64,000 nucleotides of DNA from Candidatus Zhuqueibacterota bacterium (GTDB taxonomy: Bacteria; Zhuqueibacterota; Zhuqueibacteria; Thermofontimicrobiales; Thermofontimicrobiaceae). Under the pieces are notes generated by a model. It was not told the DNA's origin. It saw nothing but the letters and a program-made list of their open reading frames with translations, and made no database searches. This document shows, in pieces, positions 7,469-18,166 of this stretch. Each line of letters opens with the position of its first letter. The first letter of the stretch is position 1. The position numbers and the translations under genes were made by a program. The stretch lies in contig JBMOPW010000003.1 in the NCBI GenBank assembly GCA_049322915.1, positions 21,801 to 85,800 of the forward strand, read 5' to 3'.

Positions 7469-10180
7469 TTAATTTGCATGGGAGTCATGGACTCCAATTT
7501 TTTTTCGAAGTTCAATCGCTGCAAAGATGATGACGCCAATTCCGACGGCAATCCCCAAATCCATGAGCGACAACGGAGTGGTTTTAAAGAACGCCTGCAT
7601 CGGACCAAGGTACATCACCAGCAGTTGCAGCCCGGCCACCACAATCACCAGCACCATCATCAGCGGATTGGAGCGCAACCCAATGGTGAAGAGAGAAGCA
7701 TGGCTCGAACGGGCGGCGAGCGCCTGGCCGATCTGGGCAAACGCCAGAGAAGTGAAGACCATCGTTTGCCACGTGGCGCGACCATTGAAATAATACAGGG
7801 CCCCGACGATCAAAACAAGCGCACCGATGAGAGCGCCAATCCAGGCGGTCTGCTTGCCGGCGCCCCGGCTGAAAACTCCCTCCCGCGGTGAGTAGGGCGG
7901 CCGTCGCATAGTATCTTTTTCAGCGGGTTCGACGCACATGCCGAGTCCCAGCAAGCCGTCCGTGAGCAGGTTCAACCATAAAAGCTGAAGTGGCAGAAGT
8001 GGGATGGGCTTGCCCAGAAACGGCGCGAGCACCATGACCAGCACTTTGCCGATGTTGCCGGCGACAGAGAACTGCACGAATTTTCGAATATTGTCGTAGA
8101 TAGTGCGGCCTTCCTGCACGGCCTCCACAATCGTAGCGAAGTTGTCATCGAGCACCACCAGATCCGAGGCCTCTTTGGCCACATCCGTCCCGGTGATGCC
8201 CATGGCCACACCAATATCGGCCTGACGCAGGGCCGGCGCATCATTGACCCCGTCGCCGGTCATGGAAACAATGTCCCCGTTTTCCTGGAACGCCTGAATG
8301 ATGCGAAGCTTATGCTCCGGAGCCACGCGCGCGAAGATATTCACATCGCTCAGTTCTTTGCGCAATTCATCGTCACTGAGTTTTTCGAGATCAGCGCCGG
8401 TCAGCGCCCGACCGTTGTCGGAAATTCCCAGTTGCCGTGCGATTTCGACCGCGGTCAGCGGGTGATCGCCGGTGATCATTACCGTGCGGATCCCGGCGGT
8501 TTTCGTGAGGCGCACCGCATCGCGCACCTCCGGCCGGGGTGGGTCGATCATTCCGAACAGCCCGACAAAGATGAGGTCGCTTTCTTCGTCAGTGCCCGGG
8601 CTATCAGGGAGCCGACTCAGGGTCCGATAGGCCACACCCAGGACGCGCATTCCTTTTCGCGCAAAGCCTTCATTGGTATCCAAAATACGCTTCCGCCACG
8701 TGTCGTTCATGGTTTCAATTTGATCACCTGTCTGAACGCGGTTGGCAATATTCAACAAACCATCGGCGCTGCCTTTGGTGAAAGCGATGTAATGATCGCG
8801 ATGAACATTCACGCCGACCAGATTTTGGAGCCGATCGTGATTCAATTGGTGAATGGTAGTCATCCGCTTGCGCGAAGAGTCGAAAGGCAATTCAGCGATT
8901 CGGGGGAATTCGGCGTCGAGCGATGATTTCCAGTAGCCCATCTGAGCCGCAGCAGCCACCAGCGCGCCCTCGGTGGGGTCGCCGATCGTGTGGTAACTGG
9001 AGTCATTTTTCTCTATCAGACGGGCATCGTTGCAAAGCGCGCCGCCCAACACCAGCAATGAGAGAGGCGACTGGACCGGAATGCCCTGGCTGCGGGAAGT
9101 TTGAACCGAATCGCCTTTCATTTCTTCGGTCAGGTCCAATTCATGGCCGGCGACGTCCAACACGACGACGGTCATTCTGTTCTCCGTCAGCGTGCCTGTT
9201 TTGTCGGAGCAGATGACAGTGACAGAGCCCAGGGTTTCGACGGCCGGCAGTTTGCGGATCAGCGCATTGCGATGCAGCATGCGTTGCGCGCCCAATGCCA
9301 GCGTAATGGTGACGACTGCCGGCAGGCCTTCCGGCACAATGGCAACAGCGACCGAGACGGCCGTCAGCAGCATGTGCTGAATTTGGTCGCCGCGCCAAAT
9401 TCCCAGGATAAAAACAAACGCAGCGATGGCGGCTCCCACGCCAGCCAGCATTTTGCCCAATTGATCGAGACGCCGCTGAAGGGGCGTCTGCTCTTTGCCA
9501 GCCTGCTGAATGAGATTGGCGATTTTCCCCAATTCGGTCTGCATGCCGGTGGCCACCACGAGCGCGCGGCCGCGTCCCTGAGTGACCACGGTGCCCATGT
9601 AGCCCAGATTGCGACGATCGCCAAGGGGAAGGCCATTGCCAATCATCACCTGGGTCTGCTTTTCAACCGGTTCGGACTCCCCGGTCAGCGTGGCTTCCTG
9701 AATTCTGAGATTCACTGCCTCGATCAATCGAACATCGGCCGGGACGACGTTGCCGGTTTCGAGTTGTAACACGTCGCCGGGGACGAGTTCGCGCGCGGAG
9801 ATTTCCAGCAGTGCGCCGTCCCGAGTCACCCTCACTGTGGGCGTGGACATGCGTTTGAGTGAAGCGATCGCTTTTTCAGCCCGATATTCCTGAATGAATC
9901 CGAGAATCGAATACAGCACGACAATGGCGAAAATGGCGATGGCATTTTTAGAATCACCGAGAATAGTGGCGGCGACAGCCGCGGCGATGAGAATCAGCAC
10001 CATAGTGGCCGTGAGTTGTTCCCAGAGAATCCCGAGCGGAGTTCGGCCGCCTTTTTCAATGAGTTCGTTATGACCAAGTTGTGCCAGGCGGGATTGCGCC
10101 TCAGCGGCGCTCAGGCCATTGCGCTCGTGCGAATGTAGTTCGTGGATTGCGTGTCCGATTTCAGTGAGATGCCAATTCAT
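7469..10180 (-). CDS. Cation-transporting P-type ATPase (P2-type, Ca2+/Mg2+-like)
   Basis: 903-aa ORF with phosphorylation motif DKTGTLT and hinge motif [11 protein letters not shown]; N-terminal cation-ATPase region; ATG with GGAG upstream. Confidence 0.9.
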   Translation of the reverse strand: MNWHLTEIGHAIHELHSHERNGLSAAEAQSRLAQLGHNELIEKGGRTPLGILWEQLTATMVLILIAAAVAATILGDSKNAIAIFAIVVLYSILGFIQEYRAEKAIASLKRMSTPTVRVTRDGALLEISARELVPGDVLQLETGNVVPADVRLIEAVNLRIQEATLTGESEPVEKQTQVMIGNGLPLGDRRNLGYMGTVVTQGRGRALVVATGMQTELGKIANLIQQAGKEQTPLQRRLDQLGKMLAGVGAAIAAFVFILGIWRGDQIQHMLLTAVSVAVAIVPEGLPAVVTITLALGAQRMLHRNALIRKLPAVETLGSVTVICSDKTGTLTENRMTVVVLDVAGHELDLTEEMKGDSVQTSRSQGIPVQSPLSLLVLGGALCNDARLIEKNDSSYHTIGDPTEGALVAAAAQMGYWKSSLDAEFPRIAELPFDSSRKRMTTIHQLNHDRLQNLVGVNVHRDHYIAFTKGSADGLLNIANRVQTGDQIETMNDTWRKRILDTNEGFARKGMRVLGVAYRTLSRLPDSPGTDEESDLIFVGLFGMIDPPRPEVRDAVRLTKTAGIRTVMITGDHPLTAVEIARQLGISDNGRALTGADLEKLSDDELRKELSDVNIFARVAPEHKLRIIQAFQENGDIVSMTGDGVNDAPALRQADIGVAMGITGTDVAKEASDLVVLDDNFATIVEAVQEGRTIYDNIRKFVQFSVAGNIGKVLVMVLAPFLGKPIPLLPLQLLWLNLLTDGLLGLGMCVEPAEKDTMRRPPYSPREGVFSRGAGKQTAWIGALIGALVLIVGALYYFNGRATWQTMVFTSLAFAQIGQALAARSSHASLFTIGLRSNPLMMVLVIVVAGLQLLVMYLGPMQAFFKTTPLSLMDLGIAVGIGVIIFAAIELRKKIGVHDSHAN

Positions 10181-10333
10181 TGTGACTCCGGATTTTGTGA
10201 GAATTATCGTGGTCGCTTATATCAGTAACAGGTTGAGGGAGAAAGCGCCCGCGGCTATAGCCCGGGTTCTCTTCGCCAAATCGACTCACCACTCTGAACA
10301 GCGCGCTATTCAGATTATAGCCGAGACAGAAAA

Positions 10334-12220
10334 TCATTTTATGACTGTCAGTTTATACCACTGAGCACCCCTGCAAGTTTCGATGCGATACAGGTAAACG
10401 CCGGAAGCGACAGATTGACCTGCGTTATTTTGCCCGTTCCAGAGCACGCGGTTCCAGCCGGGATTCGCGATGAGATTGGGCCAGGATTTTATCAGTTGGC
10501 CCAGCGGATTGAAAATCTGCACGTTTGCCGGGCCCGGTCGTTCAGCATAAAACTGAATGGTCGTGGCGTTGTTGAGCGGATTGGGATAGTTGAAGCTGGT
10601 CTCATATTTTTCAGGCAAGGCATCAGGAACAATTTCCACGGCCGTTGAATTGGGCAACCATTCCATCAGTTTTTCCCGCTCCATCTCGCCGCCGCTGGAG
10701 CTATTGGCGACATTGTACGTCCACCACATCCCGGTGACGCCGCCGCCGCTGATGGTGGTTGAAAACGCCTGGTTGGACATGGCGCCGAAATAACGCGCCT
10801 GGTTGCCGGGATATTCTTTATCATCCCAGGTGCAGTCAATCGGAACCCATCCGTAATTGGGAAAATAGACCTGCTGCCAGCGATGAAAGATGCGGTCTTC
10901 GTACGGGAGGTCGTCGCGAAGATGCCCGCCAGCTTCCATTCGCGCCGGGATGCCGGCGGCGCGGCACAGCGCCACAAACAAAAACGTGTATTCAGAACAG
11001 GAGCCGGTGCCGCGGCTGAGCACTATCGGAGCGGTGTCCCAACTGCTGTCGTTGATGTATTCGATGTGCGAAATCACGTAATCGTGGATATTGCGCACCT
11101 GCCAGTACAGATTGCTTTCATCGCCAATGGCCTCTTGCGCTGCATTACGAATGACAGGATGGGTTATGTCGTAATACTCGCCGTCCGGCGTGTACATGGT
11201 GATGATGGATTGCGGAATGTCCGTCAATTCGCCAACACTGTCAGGGTGAAGGAAATAGCGGATGTTGTACAGCGTGGCCGGCACAGACCACTGGTACAAT
11301 TTTTCTTCGCCCGCCGGAACGGACTCTTCGTAATAGGCAATTTGTTGACCGAAGTAGTCAGTATAAAAAGTGTGCGGTTCATCCCTGAACTGAAGCGTAT
11401 CTTCCAATTGCTGGTAGACGGCTTCGAACGGGCAGGCTAAGTAGGTCTGCAAATTCATCACGCTGGAGCCGACATTTTTGATGGTGACAGTGTACCTGAT
11501 TTTCACCAGAAATGGATCGGTGATTTGATATTTTTCTGTTCCGGCGATGGAGATTTTATAAATCCGGTCGTGCTCGTAATCGGCATTCCAGAGGAAATGG
11601 CCGTCGAAAGCCAGTCCGTAGGAATAGGTACCCGGCGCATTCAGGATAGTGAAAATCCTGCCGCGATCTGTTTCCAGCCGGTAGATTTCATCTTTATCGT
11701 AATCCGCGCACCATAGATATTCGCCGTCCCAGGCTAATCCGCGATTGTAGCCGCCGGGCGAAATGAGCGTGTCGGCGTAGCTGCCGGTTTCCGGGTTTAG
11801 TTTGAAGATGCGCTTCGCCTGGCTGTCCACGTACCAGAGAAACTCGCCGTCCCAAGTTAGCCCGCGGGGATTTTCGGTTCCCACCGGAACAATTTTGGTG
11901 ATGGAACTATCTTCGACGTCGATTTGGCAGAGCTGGTCGTGCCCGTTATCCGAGCACCAGAGGAACTGGCCGTCCCAGGCCAGGCCGTTTATCGTGGCGT
12001 TTGCCGGGCTGGGCAGGGAATAGAGTACCTGTCCGGTCTGCGGATCGATCTTGTAAATTTGGTTTGTGCCAATATCCGCATTCCACAAAAATTCGCCGTC
12101 CCAGGCTAACCCGGTGGGGCGACTCCCGGGCGAAGGGAAAAAATCCAGGACAGCACCCATCTGGGCGTGACCAGTTGAAAAGAGAAAAAGAATAATCCCG
12201 ATGAGCTTCATTGGTTTCAT
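10334..12220 (-). CDS. Secreted beta-propeller repeat / transglutaminase-like cysteine protease-fold protein with T9SS C-terminal sorting domain
   Basis: Signal peptide; 5-6 repeats of GLAWDG(E/Q)FLW; transglutaminase-like core GSCSEYTFLFVALCRAAGIPAR with downstream H and D (HRWQQVYFPNYGWVPID); C-terminus NYPNPLNNATTIQF...GVYLYRI. Confidence 0.75.
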   Translation of the reverse strand: MKPMKLIGIILFLFSTGHAQMGAVLDFFPSPGSRPTGLAWDGEFLWNADIGTNQIYKIDPQTGQVLYSLPSPANATINGLAWDGQFLWCSDNGHDQLCQIDVEDSSITKIVPVGTENPRGLTWDGEFLWYVDSQAKRIFKLNPETGSYADTLISPGGYNRGLAWDGEYLWCADYDKDEIYRLETDRGRIFTILNAPGTYSYGLAFDGHFLWNADYEHDRIYKISIAGTEKYQITDPFLVKIRYTVTIKNVGSSVMNLQTYLACPFEAVYQQLEDTLQFRDEPHTFYTDYFGQQIAYYEESVPAGEEKLYQWSVPATLYNIRYFLHPDSVGELTDIPQSIITMYTPDGEYYDITHPVIRNAAQEAIGDESNLYWQVRNIHDYVISHIEYINDSSWDTAPIVLSRGTGSCSEYTFLFVALCRAAGIPARMEAGGHLRDDLPYEDRIFHRWQQVYFPNYGWVPIDCTWDDKEYPGNQARYFGAMSNQAFSTTISGGGVTGMWWTYNVANSSSGGEMEREKLMEWLPNSTAVEIVPDALPEKYETSFNYPNPLNNATTIQFYAERPGPANVQIFNPLGQLIKSWPNLIANPGWNRVLWNGQNNAGQSVASGVYLYRIETCRGAQWYKLTVIK

Positions 12221-12504
12221 GGTGATATCTCAGTTTTAAGCCCACGGAACACACGAAAGAGCACGAAAAAATTGACATCAATGGGTTCAATTTAAAAAGG
12301 GGCTAAAGTCCAAAATAACGGAAGAATTCTATTCCCCGACTTAAAAGTCGGGGCTATTCAAATTGTCCAACATTTAAATATTCAATAGAATAGCCACGTC
12401 ATTTATGACATGGAAGCCTTTTAATGCTTTTTAAAGTAGACGCGTAAATCTTCAGCGTTCTTTCGCGTGTTCAGCGGGCAATAATTTTGACTTTAAATTA
12501 AAAT

Positions 12505-12553
12505 CGCCAATTACACACGGTGTGAAAAAGGCTTTGTGCAATTGGCGAATGCG
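12505..12553 (-). terminator. Candidate intrinsic terminator downstream of the BNR T9SS gene
   Basis: Stem cgccaatt(12505-12512)/aattggcg(12540-12547) with structured interior, followed on the minus strand by an A/T-rich tract. Confidence 0.35.
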
Positions 12554-12579
12554 TATTTAGCGTAATACATTCCGGCAAA

Positions 12580-14280
12580 TTACTTCATCAACACCATCCG
12601 CTTGGACTGCGTCATGCTGCCGGCGGTGAGTTGATAGAAATAAACACCGGACGGCAGATTGGCTGCGTTCCAGGTAACGCCTTTGAATCCTGCGTCCATG
12701 GGTTTATCGATCACAGTAGCCACTTCCTGTCCCATTTCATTGAACACCTTCAGCGTCACATGCGCGCGCTCAGTCAGGTCGAATGTTATGCTTGTTGTCG
12801 GATTGAACGGATTGGGGTAGTTCTGATGCAACTGGAAGCTCTCCGGCGTCAGAGTGGTGACGTTCTCTTTCACACGGGTAGCGCGGGCTTTGACGGTGTC
12901 GGTCGGAACGCCAAGATACATTCCCATATCTGCATCCTCTGTATGATGGCGGTAAAGAATGTGCAGTTTATCCGTTGCATATTTTGCCATACCGTTGGGT
13001 GCATGTCCGGACCATTGATCCAATACAGAAACCGGGCCGTGCCAGGTCGATCCGTTATCATCGGAATAGATGACCATGATGTTATAATTGAAATTGGCTT
13101 CGTCGCCCATGGCGCCTGTGGTATCTACTACATCGAAATAAGCGTAGTAGAGCGTCCCGTCCGGGCCGATGGCAGGTTCATTCATTTCATACTCTTCCAC
13201 GTCTGAAGGCCAATCACCCCAGGCTGCTATTCCATTGGGTAGCAATGTTGGAATTGCGATTTTGGTAACATCCCAGGTACTGCCATCGAAACGGAAGTCG
13301 TAGCCATAATAAGGAACCGGGAATGTGCCATCGCTCTCCAATGTATCGTAAGAGACGGCAAAGATGTGCCAGTTACCGGCCCCATCGACCATAGGTGAAC
13401 TGAAATTGCGATAGTTATCGGCATCGGAATTGTATAGAGTTTCTGCTCCGGGGATAACCGCCGGGGCTGTCCAGGTCTGGCCCAGGTCGTCGGAGAAGCA
13501 GTAAATATTGGTCCAAATATCTGTTTCCAATAATTTCGCGCCGGCAGAGACCATCACTGTGTTGTTGGGTCCCATTCCAACTCCTAAACCACGGGAAGAG
13601 AAATCAAAAACATAATTTGATTTGCCCACATCGTCCGTATCTTCGGAAATGGGCACTTTGGGCCGGGACCATGTCATACCGGCATCCTTGGTGACGTAAT
13701 AATACAATCCATCCCCTGGCTCGCCGGTATGCCATCCGCCAACTCCCCAGATATTTTCGTCTTCTGGCGAAACCGCAATGGACAGATAGCTTGAGTGAAG
13801 TACAGTATCTGCCGTGCCAACATCGTCAATAAAATAATTGACGAATGCACCGCCACCCCAACCGGCGACGTCTGTTGCCACCACAGGTATACGAGTTTTG
13901 TTAACAGAGGCATTTCGATCCTCGTAAGCAACAATTGGCGTAGTTGAGATACCACACACCGAAGCGTAACGGGCGTCCATAATAGGACCAACCCCGAAGT
14001 TAAGCATTTCGTGAATCTGCCAAGTGGCTCCGCCATCGATCGAAGTTGCGGCTGTTATTTTTCGTGGATCCGGATCGGTGCTATTATAACGATACCACGC
14101 AACAACCAGGTTTCCTGTTGTCGGATCACAGTAAATCTGATTCTGAACACCCCTGTAAATACCGTTATAGAGTGTAGTGTCCACCCGAACCGGTTCAACG
14201 ATGGGCACAGGTTGTGCCATCACAAAGCCCACGCAGAGCACGCTTAAAACAAAACTGAGGATTGTAACTTTTTTAATCAT
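12580..14280 (-). CDS. Secreted BNR-repeat (sialidase/exo-alpha-sialidase-fold-like) protein with T9SS C-terminal sorting domain
   Basis: 566-aa ORF; signal peptide; Asp-box repeats SIDGGATW, SDDLGQTW, SDDNGSTW; C-terminus QNYPNPFNPTTSITFDL...GVYFYQL; AGGAGA RBS. Confidence 0.75.
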   Translation of the reverse strand: MIKKVTILSFVLSVLCVGFVMAQPVPIVEPVRVDTTLYNGIYRGVQNQIYCDPTTGNLVVAWYRYNSTDPDPRKITAATSIDGGATWQIHEMLNFGVGPIMDARYASVCGISTTPIVAYEDRNASVNKTRIPVVATDVAGWGGGAFVNYFIDDVGTADTVLHSSYLSIAVSPEDENIWGVGGWHTGEPGDGLYYYVTKDAGMTWSRPKVPISEDTDDVGKSNYVFDFSSRGLGVGMGPNNTVMVSAGAKLLETDIWTNIYCFSDDLGQTWTAPAVIPGAETLYNSDADNYRNFSSPMVDGAGNWHIFAVSYDTLESDGTFPVPYYGYDFRFDGSTWDVTKIAIPTLLPNGIAAWGDWPSDVEEYEMNEPAIGPDGTLYYAYFDVVDTTGAMGDEANFNYNIMVIYSDDNGSTWHGPVSVLDQWSGHAPNGMAKYATDKLHILYRHHTEDADMGMYLGVPTDTVKARATRVKENVTTLTPESFQLHQNYPNPFNPTTSITFDLTERAHVTLKVFNEMGQEVATVIDKPMDAGFKGVTWNAANLPSGVYFYQLTAGSMTQSKRMVLMK

Positions 14281-14571
14281 GTCGCTCTCCTTTCAAAAAA
14301 GAATTGTTGCTACCCGGGCCAGATCCGGTTCGACAGTTTGCTGAAACGTCATTCGATGGAATTCGGGATGGATGGCATAATCAAGCTGTTCGAAAATCGG
14401 GCGTGCCGCAATTTTGTTTGACCCGAGAATCAATTTCTTCAATGAACAGAAATTGAAGAAATCCGAATTTACAGTTCGGGCAGCCTGTTTTGAATCCGTT
14501 CTTTGCGTCGATCTGATTTGACCTGGTAGTATGAATTTAAGTGAATTGTTTATCTAAAAAAAATAGACATC

Positions 14572-15984
14572 TCAACTGCCGGCGATGGTTTCATCATCTC
14601 GGATTTTAGGTGCAATAGCAAAGCCGGTGAATCCATAAATCAATGCGAAGATCAGTCCCAGATAACACATAATCGCCCAGGGCGCATAGGCAGTGGTTGG
14701 CACGTCCAGTGTCCCGGCCATAAAAACGCCGGCCATGCTCCAGGGAATGAGCGGCACAACGACGGTGCCGGAATCCTCCGTGGTTCGGGATAAATTTTTA
14801 GCCGCCAATCCTCGCGCCCTGAACGCCGGTGCGAATAATTCACCCGGTATGAGAATTGAGAGGAACGAACTTCCGGTCATCAGAGCGACTGCAATACATG
14901 AACTGACAACAGCAGCGATGAGCGCGCCGGTGCTTCTGGCCACTTTCAACAGGCGATCTAAAATCACATCCAGCATGCCGGCTTTCTGGACGATGCCGGC
15001 GAAAGAAAAAGCGCAGAATGCAATGAGCGTCACATGCATCATCCCGGCCATACCACCTCGGCTGAAAAGATTGTCCACGGATTCCACGCCAGTCCGGGAT
15101 TCATAGCCAATCGTGATGGCCGTTGCGACCTGTTTCAAAGTGATGTCCTGAAAAATGAGGGCCAGGATCGTCGCCAGCAGTGTGACGATGAGCATTCCGG
15201 GGATGGTCGGTTTTTTTCGAATCGCAAAATAGAGAATCCCTATCGGAGGCAACAACAATAGCCAATGAAAATGGAAATGAGTCTGAATGGTATTTGAAAT
15301 CAGATCCATTTGATCGGATTTCAAAATGCCGCTATCGAAAGATCTGCCCAAAAAATAATACACAACGAGACCGATAATCCATGCTGGCGTTGTTGTCCAC
15401 AGCATGTGTTTAATATGATCGAACAGATTGCTCTTCGCGGCAATGGGCGCTAAATTGGTCGTATCAGAAAAAGGCGAAATTTTATCTCCGAAATAGGACC
15501 CGGCGACGATGGCGCCGGCAGCCTGAGCCAAGGGAATGCCCATCCCCTGAGCTATGCCCATGAATGCCACCCCCATGGTCCCGACTGTTCCCCATGATGT
15601 CCCGGTAAGTGCAGAGATAACGCTGCACACGAAACAGGCTGTCACCAGAAATAATTTCGGAGAGATCGTTTTCAACCCGTAATAGACGAGCATGGGAATG
15701 GTGCCGCAGGCGATCCACGAGCCGATGAGCAATCCCACACAAATGACGATTAACATAGCAGGCATGGCTTTGGAAATGCTGACCACGATTCCTTCTTCCA
15801 ATTCTCGCCAGGTATATCCCAGCCGAAGCGCGATCAGTCCCGAGACAAACGCAGCGGCAATGAGGAGTATCTCCGCATTGAGCCTGAATATTCCATACCC
15901 GATTCCTAAAAAAAGTGCTATGAAGTTAAGCGGAAGCAGCGCTTCAAAAAAAGTAGGTTTCCGTTTGGTGCTCGTGGATGTCAT
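14572..15984 (-). CDS. nhaC: Na+/H+ antiporter, NhaC family
   Basis: 470-aa polytopic membrane protein with length and helix pattern characteristic of NhaC-family antiporters. Confidence 0.75.
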   Translation of the reverse strand: MTSTSTKRKPTFFEALLPLNFIALFLGIGYGIFRLNAEILLIAAAFVSGLIALRLGYTWRELEEGIVVSISKAMPAMLIVICVGLLIGSWIACGTIPMLVYYGLKTISPKLFLVTACFVCSVISALTGTSWGTVGTMGVAFMGIAQGMGIPLAQAAGAIVAGSYFGDKISPFSDTTNLAPIAAKSNLFDHIKHMLWTTTPAWIIGLVVYYFLGRSFDSGILKSDQMDLISNTIQTHFHFHWLLLLPPIGILYFAIRKKPTIPGMLIVTLLATILALIFQDITLKQVATAITIGYESRTGVESVDNLFSRGGMAGMMHVTLIAFCAFSFAGIVQKAGMLDVILDRLLKVARSTGALIAAVVSSCIAVALMTGSSFLSILIPGELFAPAFRARGLAAKNLSRTTEDSGTVVVPLIPWSMAGVFMAGTLDVPTTAYAPWAIMCYLGLIFALIYGFTGFAIAPKIRDDETIAGS

Positions 15985-16015
15985 GAAAATTCCATTTCAT
16001 CTTTGTGAAAGATAC

Positions 16016-17629
16016 TCATTCGAGCGGTGACCATTCACCGTATTGTTCGATGTAAATGCGACATTTATCTTTGGATGTCCATCGATTATTGAAGTTGTAT
16101 GTCCAGTCGAGATAATCGGAGCCCCCGCCGCCAGTGGTAGTAATGATATAGCGGCAGGCGATATTGCCAATGCCGGCTGCCTGTTCGCCGGGTCTGGCTT
16201 TGTCGCCTTTGTTGGCGTCGAAGGGGATCCAGCCGTAATTTGGCAGATACACCTCGCACCATCGATGATAGACTTCGTCGAGGCTGGCGTCGTCGCCCCG
16301 TTGCGATACAGCGCCGACATAACGGGCAGGAAGCCCTGCGGCGCGGCACAGCGCGATGAATGAAAATGAATATTCGGAACAGGATGCCGTGCCTCGTTTC
16401 AAGACGGTCGTTGCAGTGTTCCACCCGCCGACTGGCTTTAAATTGTACGTGAGATTTTCGATGAGATAATTAAAAATCTTCCGCGCCATCCAGTAGGGAT
16501 TCTGCTCGTCCCCAACGATTTTTTTTGCCAGGTTCTGAATGAAGGGTTCGTGGACGTTGAGTTTCTTTCCATCAGCAAGATACGTTTTCAATATTTCAAC
16601 CGGCACACTTTCGAGTGCGCCCACTTTAACCGGATCAATGAAATATTCGGCCGCCCAGATCGTGGCATCAATGGTCATCGTCGCCCGAAAAAATTCCCCG
16701 CTTTTAAGATTTTTCACATTGAAATAAGCGACCTTTTGGCCCCATTGGTCAGTCAGGATTTTTTCCGGTTCAGGGACAAATGTGACGGGGCGAGACAGTT
16801 GCTGGTTATCCCTGTTTTCCGGGATGGCGAGATACACATCTGCCGAGATGACGGTGCCTGGTCCGTAATTTCTGAAATCGATGGTATTCTCCAGCCGTTG
16901 TTTCTTGGGGGACAACTTTGTCAGAAACACCGGATCATCGATTTTTATCCTATAAATTTTGTCCGCTTGATAATCCACATTCCAGAGAAAAGCGCCATCC
17001 CAGGCGAGTCCGCGGGCGTATTGGTCCGGTGCGTGAATGGACCCGATGACCATGCCGCTGTTCCGATCCATGCGATAAATAGCATTCTCGCCCCGATCGG
17101 CGATCCACAAACAGTGCCCGTCAAAAGCCAATCCGTCAGGATCGTCGGCTGGCGATGGGAAATTGTGAATCATCATGCCGTCCTCAGGGTCAAGACTGAG
17201 CACCAGATCCAGTTTGTCATCGACGACCCAGAGCAATGTACCATCCCAGCAAATGTCTTTGGGATTATCGGTGCAGGCTTCGATCACGCGTTCAGCGATT
17301 CCGGTTTCAATATTCATTCTGTAAAGAAATCGCTCCTTATCATCCATCGCCCAGAGATGCGTGCCATCCCAGGCCAAACCCGTCGGACTGAAACCGGGCG
17401 CGGGAAAAGTGTGAATGACGAGGCCATTATTCGGATCGATCTGATACAGATTATCAGTTTTTCGGTCAGCAACCCAGAGGTATTTTCCGTCAAACGCAAG
17501 CCCCGTCGGATGGTCTCCGGGTGAATTCATTGTGTATACGATTTCACCAACAAAAGCAAAACTCACCTGTGAGCAAAGGCTCATCCAACTGAGGAAGCCA
17601 AGCATAAACCATATTCTCAAGGTTTTCAT
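16016..17629 (-). CDS. Beta-propeller repeat / transglutaminase-like protein, paralogue of 10334-12220 lacking the T9SS C-terminal domain
   Basis: 537-aa ORF; signal peptide; GLAFDGKYLW/GLAWDGTHLW repeats; core GTASCSEYSFSFIALCRAAGLPAR plus HRWCEVYLPNYGWIPFD; GAGGAG RBS. Confidence 0.75.
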   Translation of the reverse strand: MKTLRIWFMLGFLSWMSLCSQVSFAFVGEIVYTMNSPGDHPTGLAFDGKYLWVADRKTDNLYQIDPNNGLVIHTFPAPGFSPTGLAWDGTHLWAMDDKERFLYRMNIETGIAERVIEACTDNPKDICWDGTLLWVVDDKLDLVLSLDPEDGMMIHNFPSPADDPDGLAFDGHCLWIADRGENAIYRMDRNSGMVIGSIHAPDQYARGLAWDGAFLWNVDYQADKIYRIKIDDPVFLTKLSPKKQRLENTIDFRNYGPGTVISADVYLAIPENRDNQQLSRPVTFVPEPEKILTDQWGQKVAYFNVKNLKSGEFFRATMTIDATIWAAEYFIDPVKVGALESVPVEILKTYLADGKKLNVHEPFIQNLAKKIVGDEQNPYWMARKIFNYLIENLTYNLKPVGGWNTATTVLKRGTASCSEYSFSFIALCRAAGLPARYVGAVSQRGDDASLDEVYHRWCEVYLPNYGWIPFDANKGDKARPGEQAAGIGNIACRYIITTTGGGGSDYLDWTYNFNNRWTSKDKCRIYIEQYGEWSPLE

Positions 17630-18166
17630 CCTTCTCTCCTCAAAAAATGAAAATCAAAGCGATTCTTATAACAGGTATTGGGCCATGCGCGTTGCAAAGA
17701 AAGTAGTGAATGAATTATATGTAAATCGAGTTGGTTCACACTCAAAATACAAGTCAATCATCGTATGCGTTTTCAATGATGATGCCAAAATGTATGGCTG
17801 GGTAAAACAAAAAAATATCCAGGGGAAGAAGTCGCTTCGCTAACCGGGAGCTATTAGCGACAACCTGAATCCCATCTCATCCGGATAGTCGAGGTCGAAT
17901 AGTCCAGGTCGGAAATTGGCTGCCTGTATTTAAAATCCAAAGAGCATCATTTCATTCAAAAACGATTCGTATCATTCAAAGGAACGAAAATTTTCAGGTT
18001 TCCCCGGTAAAATAATATTGAAGTGAAAAGTTACCTGGTTGTTGAGATTTTATGCAGGCATTATCAAAAAAAAATAATGCTAAACAAATTGAAATATAAG
18101 CCGATTAATTAATAGTAATACTATATACTTAAATTGGCCCACGATGCGTGCGAAGAAAGGTATTGT

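Noticed and set aside
8312-9769. Plus-strand ORFs (204 aa, 222 aa) within the P-type ATPase gene; similar antisense ORFs at 1117-2046, 16550-17524, 40548-41447, 42603-43511, 51274-52425, 54791-55480
   Set aside because: All lie antisense to genes with clear family motifs and look like shadow ORFs caused by codon bias.
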